Assembly: GCF_037042905.1 (NCBI RefSeq)
Contig: NC_087246.1
Coordinates: 10,170,001-10,230,000, forward strand
DNA from: Lytechinus pictus
Lineage: Eukaryota
DNA: 60,000 bases
Direction of reading: 5' to 3'
Position 1 is the first letter of the stretch, and every line of letters begins with the position of its first letter. Made by a program: the position numbers and the translations under genes. The notes beneath the pieces were generated by a model. The model searched no databases. It was not told the DNA's origin and was given only the letters and a program-made list of their open reading frames with translations. Below are positions 37,131 through 48,600 of this stretch, piece by piece.

Positions 37131-39495
37131 CTTTCCTTCTCTTTTCCCTTCTGTCATTCTTTCCCCTTTTTTCTCTTCTTCTTTTCCTCCTTTTTTCTCC
37201 CCCTTTTCTTTTTCTTCCTCTTTTTGGCACCCCCCTTTTCGCCTACTCGGGGGCCCGGGCCCCGAGGATCCCAAGAATACGCGCATGTATGCTCCAGATG
37301 GATTCAGGGTAATGTGGAAACTTGGGGGAGGGGCTACAGCTAACTACAAATGCCTTGTATAAGTAATGATTTTTATTGTATTTAGTTTGCATCTGTGGGT
37401 ATAAGAAATGTGTCTTACAAAATAAAATTTACTTTGCACATAGATAATTACTTATTTTATATTAAAGTGATTGTAATTTGAGAAAGAAAATGTTAATGAT
37501 ACGTTCTATATATGTAACATATGATAAATATTCATATTTGAAAATTAATATAATGGCCTATTTTTTGTTGAAGATTTATCTATGTCAACTAATTCATGAA
37601 AAATAAAGGTTGAATAAATCTTTGATATGTTTCTTAGTGCCTGGGTATTACAAACATGTTGCAACTATAATATACAATTTAAAGAAAAATAAATAGGCCT
37701 ATCTTAGAAGATGTTAAGTTTCACGTCAGTATTTTGATACACAAATATTATCCTATGAATTGATTATTTGTAAGCGAATATAAGGGAACGTGCACTCTTA
37801 ACATAAATTGAAGCACACAAAAAGAAAACATTTGAAATAAGACTTTCAAGGTATACCAATCAAACACAGAGACTGATAACTATATGGGATATCACTGTAT
37901 CGTGAGCACGCCTCCAATTGCTTTGGTATGAAAATTTAGTTCTTTTTTTAATTCCCTCATACATCCTAAATGTAAAAAGAGAATGGTGTTCTTTTGTTTT
38001 TACCCAAGTATTGCATGAAAAAGATAACAATTGATTAAATCATAAGATCATAGTCTTCATGGTCTTAATTCTTGCTTAGCAAGTAGCAAATGAAAGGTCT
38101 GATACAGCGATTCTTTTTCTTAATGGCCTCTCCTGGGATATGAAAGAATACTGTTGAGAAGAAACAGACAATTATTTTATTTTCTAAATATATTTACAGT
38201 TGTTAATTTGTGTAGGGTTGATTACTTAGGAACTCTATGTTTAATTTACTTTACACTCTACCCAAGCCCAAACAAAGCAGAGACAAATAATTTCAGGAAA
38301 ACATTGCATATTTGGGGTCAGATGTATATAGGTAATTATTCCTTTCTCCCTCTAACATTTTTTTCAAGCACTAGTTTTGTTTTTTATATTCTATGTACTG
38401 TAGATCTAAAAATATTGGGGTTATTTTTTCCAACAATGATCAATTGCAAGGCATCCTGACTGATGCACATCCATCAATTATGTTATCTAGTTTTGAAAAT
38501 AAAGCAAAAGTGAAAGTTATTTGTCACCTAAAGTACAATTACCTTTCACTAAATTTTAACAACAGAAAGCAAGAGAAGAAATACAAAACAGAATATAAAT
38601 TAAATTACTGTGGCATAGATTATATAAAAGAAAATCACTCTCCTTTACTATCCATTTCTCAATATTTATATTAACCCAGCTAAATAAAGTGAGCACGTAT
38701 TGTGGTTCAGCCAAGCAGTATTTTATGCGGGTCCTTGATAAAAATATAAAACATAAACATTGATATTATTCTAAATATACCACAAAACGGAGGGATTACA
38801 TTTGGATCCCTTAGTCTCGCCTTCACATCTGGTGGGCGAGACAAATATTTAATTGATAAGGCATTGATTAATTTATTTTTAATGATCTTCTTTGAACATT
38901 CACATACCTAATGATCACAGATGAGTTATATTCATCATACACCGAGGACTCTCAATTCTTTGTCTTCATATAATTGCTGTCTTAAGTTCTTTACAATGAA
39001 TATTAATTAAAAACAAAACTTTGAGCAATCAATCTTTGATATACAGTTTTCTGTGTGTAATTAGCTACTTACAAGTTAACTAAATCATTAATATTCATAT
39101 CATGGCAAACTTCAAATTTTATAGCATCAAAGCAACTGCCTTAAGGTTGGTGGTACAGGGATGCAGGGGGCAAAATTGCCTTCTTGTGGTTTTGCAAGTG
39201 ATGAGAGGAAACAAAATAAAGAATTGGAAAGAGTGGGAAAAGATGGCTTGGTAGTACCTACCTCTTATATTTGGAAGGTATATCAAACTTAATTTTTTGT
39301 AATCTTATCCCCCCCCCCTCAAAGGGCCTGACACAATTCCTGGTTGAAGTGTGAAATATCAGGAAATAGAGCCTATCTACAAACTGTCAGTAACTACAGT
39401 TTTCATTGATCAGGATACCGACAGTTTTTAGAAGTGCTTTGCTAATATACCAAACATTTGCAGAGATGTATGTTCACCATAAACAAATCACCTAG

Positions 39496-42189
39496 ATGAC
39501 TTTGTTTAATAGAAAGATGGCACAAAATCTGGTATTCCTAGCACTAATGATGGCTACTGTGATTGATTTTCAAACAGTTTCCTTCAGTCAGCAGCAAAGA
39601 GGCATGCAACGTCTTGAAGCAAACTTAGAGACTTTGGTGAATGTAGAAAAGCAATGTACCATTGACTTGGTGATAAAGAAGGTATACTGTCCACACAGAA
39701 ACTTGACAGAAGTTCCAGATGATCTTCTAATGGACGTTGAGATTCTTGACTTACAGTCCAATCGTATCCATACTCTGGTAAATACTTCTTTTACAAGATA
39801 TACCAACCTTATCATCCTGAACCTATCCGGGAACAATATCTGCTACATTGAACCTGCCACTTTTGCCACACTGACACATTTGCAGGATCTTGATCTGAGT
39901 TATAATCAGGGTATTCAGTTGAGAAACCCAGGTGGAATCCCATGGTCTTGGAACCTAACCAGGATAACACTAGCAAACTGCAACATTAAACGTCTTCCGA
40001 CAGACTTTATGGAGTGGTTCCCAAAGCTTAGAGATGTGAGCTTCCTTAATAATGATATTTCAAATGTCAATGTAACATGTTCTCCATTCAGAGCAGAGCG
40101 AATCACCAAGATGTCTTTCTGTGGTAACCAGATCCATGAACTGATTCCTGAGACATTTAGATTGGACTGTGATGTTGATTATCTGGATTTGCTGAGAAAC
40201 GGAATCATTCGCATCTCTCCACATGTTATCAGTTTGCTTCGTGTGAAGAGTTTATCGTTTGGTTGGTTCAGGCTCACCAGTCGTTCATGGATCAATCTCT
40301 TCACAGGAATCGCTCAATCTGGGATTAGACAACTATCGATGCTCAACACACCCTTAGACATTACTCTAGATTTGTTTAATCCCTTGCATAACTATCCTCT
40401 TTTCAAGTTGCACCTATCTCACATCTACCTACAACGTATCAATCACTCTGCTTTTTCGAATCTAACTCAAGTAGAACAACTTACGGTTGAATATAATGAC
40501 ATCAGTGTTATTGAACCAGAATATTTCTATGGAATGAAGAAACTTAAATTCCTCCAATTAAGTAATAATTTTATGAAAACAATTAACCCATTTAATACGA
40601 CTTGGAGGAATGATATACAGGAGTTGTTGCTGGATCACAATGACTTGATGGAAATACATGAGAATACATTTAGTGGCCTTCATTATCTATCTGTACTAGA
40701 TTTGGCATCTAATAAGAATCTAAGATATCTCAAGGTAACAAGTGCTACAGGACTACACAATCTTCAAGTCTTGAATGTGACAAAGACTAACCTTAACACA
40801 CTATTGTTAAATGCTCCCTTACTCAGAACTATAGTTATTTGCAGATCTGTTGCTATGATAGCTAAAATTTTACAACCAGGGGAAACTTTTGCTCATTCTC
40901 GCTCACTGGAAGAGATATTCCTTAATAAATCAAATGTTTATTTAAATCGGATTTTGGACAGAGAGCACAACATATCTCTGTTTGATGGTTTGAACAAGCT
41001 CAAAATAATCTCTTTACGGCAGAATCTAATAGTGTCCATTTTGCCAGGAATGTTTTGGAAGCTTCGTGCCCTTGAAATACTTGATCAGGATACGTGTGGA
41101 ATAACAGAAATAGATTCTGATGCCTTCCATGGACTCACTTCCCTCCATACATTAATTCTAGAGAATAATGAAATTCAGCAACTACCACATGATCTGCTAT
41201 TTACTCTGAAAGGACTGCAATCATACAATCTGAAAGGGAACAAGATATATTATCTTGACGATGCCATATTTGCAAATACAACCAATTTGACAGAGTTTGT
41301 AATGAGTGAAAACCAGTTTGCAGCATTGAATCAAAGCACATTTATGCCTTTATACCAAACACTTACATCACTTGATATTTCACAGAATCAGCTGGATTGC
41401 AATTGCAAGATAGCATGGCTTCTCGACTGGTTACAGAGTTCCTCAAATCTAAAACTTGTTGCTGAAAGCAAAACAATTTGTTCAATGGCATCACTTGAAA
41501 ACTTAGGAGGTAAACCACTGTTGACATTTGATCCAAAACACTACTGTGGTCCAGATATAGGCCTCCTTTGTTCTCTTCCACTTGCACTTGTTGGACTATT
41601 TGCCATGATGTTTGCCATCCACCGCTATCGCTGGCTTTTTAGTTACAAACTCTTCTTGCTGAAGCTGGCTGTAGTTGGTTACCAGGAAGTTGTAGATGCA
41701 CGTCATCATGGTGATTTTGAGTACGACCTCAACATCATGTTCCTGGAGGATGATGAACAGTGGGTCCAAGAGCACCTAAGACCAGTTCTTGAAGAAAGGC
41801 TTCCAAACTTCAATAGAATCGTCTTTGGTGATGAGGATCTTGTGATTGGTATGCACTACTTCGATGCTGTCTTCCATGCTGTTGAGAAAAGCTTCAAGAC
41901 TGTCTTGCTTTTCAGCCGTGCTGCTTTCCAGGACAACTGGTTCATGATCAAGTTTCGAGTGGCCTTCGAGCAGGTGAATGATGCTCGGATGGAGAATATT
42001 GTGGTGATCTTCATTGAGGACATCCCTGATGCAGAGCTACCATACCTGGTCAGGTTGTACTTGAGTGAGAGAAGAACCTATCTCTGGTGGGTGGAAGATG
42101 AGAGACATCAGGAATACTTCTGGAATGAACTAATTCTAACTCTCCAAAGCGATAATATGAGATGGAATAACATGATCCCACTTGAATGA
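39496..42189 (+). CDS. Toll-like receptor, single cysteine cluster (vertebrate-like) type, intronless CDS, 897 aa
   Basis: Hydrophobic signal region, LRRNT (C..VYCPHRNLTEVP), about 20 LRRs (LxxLxLxxNxI), LRRCT (NQLDCNC...W...C...C), TM (IGLLCSLPLALVGLFAMMFAI) and TIR (YDLN..., SFKTVLLFS, NWF, YLWW, FWNEL). The true start may be the second Met (MAQNL). Confidence 0.96.
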   Translation: MTLFNRKMAQNLVFLALMMATVIDFQTVSFSQQQRGMQRLEANLETLVNVEKQCTIDLVIKKVYCPHRNLTEVPDDLLMDVEILDLQSNRIHTLVNTSFTRYTNLIILNLSGNNICYIEPATFATLTHLQDLDLSYNQGIQLRNPGGIPWSWNLTRITLANCNIKRLPTDFMEWFPKLRDVSFLNNDISNVNVTCSPFRAERITKMSFCGNQIHELIPETFRLDCDVDYLDLLRNGIIRISPHVISLLRVKSLSFGWFRLTSRSWINLFTGIAQSGIRQLSMLNTPLDITLDLFNPLHNYPLFKLHLSHIYLQRINHSAFSNLTQVEQLTVEYNDISVIEPEYFYGMKKLKFLQLSNNFMKTINPFNTTWRNDIQELLLDHNDLMEIHENTFSGLHYLSVLDLASNKNLRYLKVTSATGLHNLQVLNVTKTNLNTLLLNAPLLRTIVICRSVAMIAKILQPGETFAHSRSLEEIFLNKSNVYLNRILDREHNISLFDGLNKLKIISLRQNLIVSILPGMFWKLRALEILDQDTCGITEIDSDAFHGLTSLHTLILENNEIQQLPHDLLFTLKGLQSYNLKGNKIYYLDDAIFANTTNLTEFVMSENQFAALNQSTFMPLYQTLTSLDISQNQLDCNCKIAWLLDWLQSSSNLKLVAESKTICSMASLENLGGKPLLTFDPKHYCGPDIGLLCSLPLALVGLFAMMFAIHRYRWLFSYKLFLLKLAVVGYQEVVDARHHGDFEYDLNIMFLEDDEQWVQEHLRPVLEERLPNFNRIVFGDEDLVIGMHYFDAVFHAVEKSFKTVLLFSRAAFQDNWFMIKFRVAFEQVNDARMENIVVIFIEDIPDAELPYLVRLYLSERRTYLWWVEDERHQEYFWNELILTLQSDNMRWNNMIPLE

Positions 42190-43361
42190 AAATAGTCATA
42201 CAAAAGTTCCTGATGAATCGAGAAAAATTACATTTCCCTGAAGTTATTAGCTACTTGTACTTTACTATTCACAACATTCAACAGTTTCCTTTCTTCTGCA
42301 ATACAACTGACAGAAAACATAAAACTCTGGAAAATAAATGAGAAAAGTACAATCCTAGAGCATTGTATTACAAGCTACTGGAGGTCTGATATAAACATAA
42401 TTTATCAATGGGCTGTTTAAACATTGTACATTTGTCTCAAAATATGGAGAAAAAAATCAGGACAGCTCAGAATTCGTTGGGACATAAGTGGCAACTTTTT
42501 TTTTGCCTCAGAAGAGTTCAGACTGTTTTCTCACAATGTGAGGTTGCTACCATTGCTATAATTCTAAAAGAGAGCTGCCCTCTCTTTAATCATATTTTTT
42601 TTTGAGGTAAGTTATACTAAGTGCCAATATGTTTGCTATTTTTTCAATGATTGAGGAAAGTATCACAGTTCTTCTAATAAACTCTTTTACATTGAGACAA
42701 ATAATACACTTCCATCTTGTTTCCAAGTACTAAATACATATGTCTAATTGTCTGAAAATCAAGCTTTTCATGAGTTGGTTACAAATGCATGTATTTTGCA
42801 ATCTACAGGCCTAAGAATACTAAACTGTACAAATAATGAGAGCTGATCAATTTTTTCCAGTATTGACACATAAATGTACAAGTTTTATTTCCACACAAAT
42901 AGATAAATATGATTTTACAGCATTATAAAAGTATAAAGCAATGTCCTACAACATACAAATATATAAATCTTATAATCAATTTTTACTCTTCAATGCATGG
43001 TTTGCATTATGCTAACAGTCAATATCATAGGACTGGTTGCATATTTAATCTTATAGGATGCATGCTGATGCTAATCTTCACTTGATTGAATAGGGAAGTA
43101 ATAACCATTATGTATGATGACGCTCAAAAGTTTGTTTTTGTTTGAAGAATGACATGTCTAAAATTTCAAGAACAATTATAAGAATGAAGATAATTGCAAA
43201 ATGTAGCTTCAAATTATGTACTACTGCTCATAGTACACATATATCACTATAAGAGTCCTGAGGCAGCATAATTTGGATTTAAAAATAACACTCATTCCTG
43301 AAGGGTGCACCCCCATTAATAGTTAGTGTCATATCTGGTATATTGGGGGGATATTGGTTAA

Positions 43362-43739
43362 AGGTATTGTTTAACTTTGTGAGCAGCCGATTTAAAAAAT
43401 TCTCAAACCAAGATGAAACATGTGTACAAGTGCATGTATTAGAACTAATAAACCCTGAAAACAACCATTATTGAGAATGAAAAGCTAAAACTACAAGGCA
43501 AACCCCGATTTTGTAAATAGGCGTCTAATAGACGCCTAAATAGTACACATAAGTGTATGGGATGAAATTAAGATGGTGTTTCCGGTCACTTTATATTTCA
43601 ATTTTTGAAGCACTAAATAATTATTTTCGAACGCAATTTTTTCTGGGCTTCATTTTTGTAACATATCACACACACAGGTGACAAGTGTGACCTTCTAGCT
43701 CAGATTTTTTTAAAGTCAAACCAATGTTAACCAATCTCT
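43362..43739. mobile_element. Kolobok-like MITE (different family), TTAA TSD
   Basis: TTAA|aggtattgtttaac ... gttaaccaatctct|TTAA. Confidence 0.6.
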
Positions 43740-45587
43740 TTAATAATAGTTTCATATTTTCTTTTAGTGAATCACATATTCCAGAAAATACAAATAATTA
43801 AAGACAAATAATGGGATTTTGATACTTCAGGAAAAATATATCTTTGCAAACAATAAGCATGCATAAACTGGAAAGTAATGAAAACAAAGTAAATGGGACA
43901 TCCAACATGTCAAAATCATTTCTACAGATACATGTAGTTCCTACATACATTGTTTGGTTTATATTTTTTTAATTCATGCAGATTACACTAAAGAGTGCAA
44001 GACAGAAATCTTCAGTATAGTTCTGCTTTTAGAGTGTATTTCACCATACATCTTTTCACTCCACAAGATGGAAACAACAGAAAAATTACATAAAAACATA
44101 AATTATACATATATATCGATTGCTGACAATACGAGTTAACAAAATGACACAATATTACTCTTTTATACAACTATATATATATCTACAAATGGAAATATAT
44201 GAATAAAAAATTTATTTACATAGAATGTACAGAGTAAGCTACTACGAAGAATTACAACCTAAGTTGTAGTTATGCAGTTACTTACATGCATATAAGCAAG
44301 ATGCAAGGAAATCTACTAATTTAAGTAATGTGATATATTCTAATGTAGAATGTAGGAACAGAACATTGTTATGATTTGTATTTCTAAACAACACCCAGAG
44401 TTCTGGTGGATATTTATTCAATTCATTAGGTCTTAGTTTCTTTTAACATCTACAGTATAGCTAGATGCAACTCCATGTATATTGTGATTTTTATGGTTGG
44501 CATGTTGGAATAGATTAAAAAGAGTATCCGTTGTTTATCATTCTAAATGAATTATTGTCAATGAAGAATGCATCAATTCCAACACAATTTGTTTTCACTT
44601 CTTTCAAGATTAGTATTCAATTTTCTCTTTTTTTCATTATTTACAGTGAGTCCCATGAAAAACAAAACTCCAAATTGTCATTGCTATATCATAAGTTCAG
44701 TCACAATTACATTTCATAAATTACATACATTGTAAAACTCAGATCCTCCACTTTCATATGATTCAACTTATAATATGAACATTTCGTGCATGAGAGGGGA
44801 TACAATATTTGAATAGAGTGTACAAAAAGCTAATGAGGCTAGCGGTTTTTCATTTCAGTCAGAAAATCACAATTCCAGTAGGTTGTTCTTCATCATTTTC
44901 ATACATGATACCTCAATCAAGTAAATTCATGCAGGAATAGAAATAAAGTAATGTAATGCTAGCATTTCCATAATTTTACAAAACAAACGTCACTGCAGGA
45001 CTGCCTGCATAACAACGAAAAGGTTCATTTTTTTTCACTCAGAATCAGTCTTGTCGGGTATATTTATTGCTATGACAGGCAGTAATGAAAATGATTAGTT
45101 TTATGCAATTACATAAATGCAAGAAATAATGTACACACTTTAAAAAAAAGTTTTAATTCCTTGCTCATTTTCACTCACTGGGAGATCATACTAAAGGGTA
45201 GAAAATTAAATTTCTAGACATTGTATTTCTTAATTCTCATACCACAAATCAAATTACTTCCTGGTACCTACACTTCAATCATCTTACTTAATCACAGTAA
45301 AGAATGCAAATCATAAGAATCATAAAATGAAATAGGGGGATCTAAGCTATACAAATATGTGTCATTTGTTATATACAATTGCTAATATCAAACCTATGAT
45401 AAATCATTGATAATTCTTAGTTTCTATTTTTCTATGTTCCTGGAATGCACTGTATATCAGTGGTAAAACAATCAAATACTTTACTTGTATTTTACATCTA
45501 TTCATATTCATATATATCCGAATGCCTTGTTCAACTCCATGTAGCCACATAACAATGTATAATGTTGAATTTTACCAGACCGTAATA

Positions 45588-45652
45588 TTATGTTAGTAAT
45601 GATATGAGTGCATCAAAGAACTTGCTTCTATCTCCTATCTTGAGCTCCATGA
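45588..45652 (-). CDS. CDC45: CDC45 last coding exon [20 protein letters not shown]
   Basis: cag|TC ... TAA, 65 bp. Confidence 0.93.
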
Positions 45653-48600
45653 CTGTATGGCAAATAAGATGAGATATAAAGACAAAGATATACGAAAAGA
45701 ATGAAATGGGGGGGGGGGGGTAATAGAAGGAAAAAGATAAAGTAAAGTGAGAAGAAATGGTAGGATAGAAAAAGGAGATAATAAATGTAAGATTTATATT
45801 GGGGTTGTTTGTTAAATGGCCCATCAAATCATGCATGAATTTACAATTACTGGTATACAAAGAGTCAAATTTGTGTAATAATTTATACATGTAGATCATA
45901 ATTAGTGTATGTAATATGAACAAGATGTTTGTAAAGCATTAGAAATCACTATCCCATTTATATGCAAAGTTTTGCACATTTAAGAGAGACTTTTATCTCT
46001 CTTTCAATTATATCACTACACAGTCAACTTGAATAATCATCTTTGAATATCTGCACCTATTATCTACCTTTGACTTGGGACACAATAATTTTAAACTAAC
46101 AAAATACACTTACTTGAAGAATCAAAGTGATTGTGAAGTGTCCTTGAGTTTGTCTTCTTTGCAGCTTGTTCAAAAGCACGGCCAAAGAAACTACAAAAAA
46201 AAAACAAAAAAAAACATGGCAGGTGCAATACTCCAGCATGAAATAATGGTGAAGAATCAATGCTACAAAACTGAAGCGAAGGTGTTGTTAAAGTGTTTCA
46301 GCCCTTTACTTTATTGAAATGTCAGTATAAGTATTGCATGAATATATAATTTTATGTTTTACAAAGGTGAACTAGTGAGTAGGCCATTACGTAGAAGATA
46401 ACATATGAATGGGAATACTTGCCAATCAGAACTTAGGTCATCTTAAAGTTCTAAAAACGTTCAAGAATTTCCCTCAGCATCTTATCCATAATTAACTTCC
46501 AATTTCAGTAAAGACCAAATGGTTGGGAAGTCAGTTTCACCAATAACTATCATAAGCTACTGAGATATTTGCATCTGACTGGCTCAGAACAAATTAGTCA
46601 GTAAAAATCACTGACAATGTGCTTTATGAAACAATCCCCAAATGGACACATTTGTTATGCTACCTTAACTGATGTGAAATCATAAAAAAGACAGGTGTTC
46701 AAATTAATTTTGGCTTACAACAAAAGTAACTTATTGATTTCAGAAGACTACTATCTAGACCTAGACATATACAGACTAGTTTTCTTTTTTGACTTTCCAC
46801 AATTGACAGCTCATAAAAATGATGGTGAGATTACTCCCAAAGTGCTTTTCATGCCAGCCCTTTTATCTCACTGAGGCCTTTCACCATAAAAGGGTACCTG
46901 GAAGGAGTTAAACATTCTATCACAGGGTTCGCTAGAAAGTGATATTTGACCGAACTTCACTATGTCACATGATGTAGCTTTGACCAATTAGTGATTGGAA
47001 TCTCAGTGTATTATACTTACTTTCTTGATGATTGTTCAAGTTCTGGTAGAGGAGGAATGCCAATCACTAGACATGTTCCTCCTTCATTCATCAGAGGGGC
47101 TGTCATCACCAGAGGAAGGTTCTTGGCCTTCTTGCTCTTGGACTGTCACAAAGAAAATCAGTGAAAATTGACAAAAGAAATACAAAAACTCTTCAAATGT
47201 GAGTAGACATTGAGCTTAATTTGTAAAACACAGTTGATTTTAGTATGATACACATGTTCCATAGACTCTGACCTGAGCTATCTCAGGCTTAGGGATAACA
47301 TGGTTCATAGACTTTATGTATGTCATTTGGTGCCAATTAGCAACTTTAGAATGTGAAGAGATTATACAAAAAATGCAGCTGTACTTCCATGTATATCACA
47401 AATGTTTGATTCATCACTGAGTGTTGTTTAGTAGAATGACTTCAATAATACATTTTTTCATTCATTCTACCCCTTAAACATTCCTTGAAAATATATCTGT
47501 TTGCATCTGGTTATTAGAAGAATACATGAATACAACAGATAGAATTTCATAATAGTGGACTATATTTTCTCATCTGAACCATGCTGTATAAAACAGGAAT
47601 ATATAACCTGTACTTGTTACAAACAAAATACCCAACTAGCATTACATAAATATGTATTAAAGTAGAATCTAAGATTCCACAAATATGTATGCAGGCAGCA
47701 CCAGCGGACGCCAAGCAGCGGCGCGGACGCTGATTGGCTGGCGGCATCGACCAATCAGAGCACACGGTGCCCGCACAGGCATGAGCACTGATTGGTCGGC
47801 AGCATCAGCCAATCACAGCGCGGCTCACACCAGATTGCAGTCAGACAATAGCGTTCAGCTGGGCACGCGGACGCTATACAACCCGTGCAGAGCAGTGTCT
47901 TTGTTCAATGCATGACAAAGTATAGCAGCTTACAGACAAATCAGCACTCTCCAACAATGTTTGATCCATCGTGAGACAACCGGTCAGATTATTTTACTTT
48001 GTATACTTTATTTAAACTTTCTATGTCAAAGAAATAAAATGATAAGAGCGACCAAAATGAGATGGGTTCACCATTTTTTTTCATCATCTAACTTTGCATG
48101 GCAAATGTCAACCTTTCTGGATCTTAAAAAAGAAAGAATACTTATGACTATCTGGGGTTTTTTTCAAAATTTTTATGTTTTTTTACTGACAAACATGAAA
48201 ACATGATAAAAAACAGCAATATTTGAATAGATGTGGTCTCACCATCTTTACATAAGCCTCAAGAGCAAACCTCGCCAACATGGAGAGACAATTAGGATGA
48301 GCAAAGAACTTTGTTTCTGGAGTACCCTCAGGCAAGAAAGCATAGAGGAAAGGTCCCGCACTGACCACTTGACCCATGTCCAGAAGACTCTGGACCTGAG
48401 TGACCACTGCTTGCAGTTGGAGTTTAGATGCATCAAGTCCAAGGTGAAGGTTCTTGATATAAGACCTGTGACAAAGGTAGAAAACTTGTTTAGACATTGG
48501 CTTGACTTTACAGAGGTGGTTTTTAATCCAGGGTTGAAACCATAGTTAATGCAGATTTCATTCATTCATTATGCATAATCTAGCATGTACATGTATATTG

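Noticed and set aside
35800..39495. TLR promoter, NF-kB/IRF sites and 5' UTR exon
   Set aside because: Candidate acceptors (about 39413 and 39463) and GAAA-rich motifs exist but cannot be told from background without transcript data.
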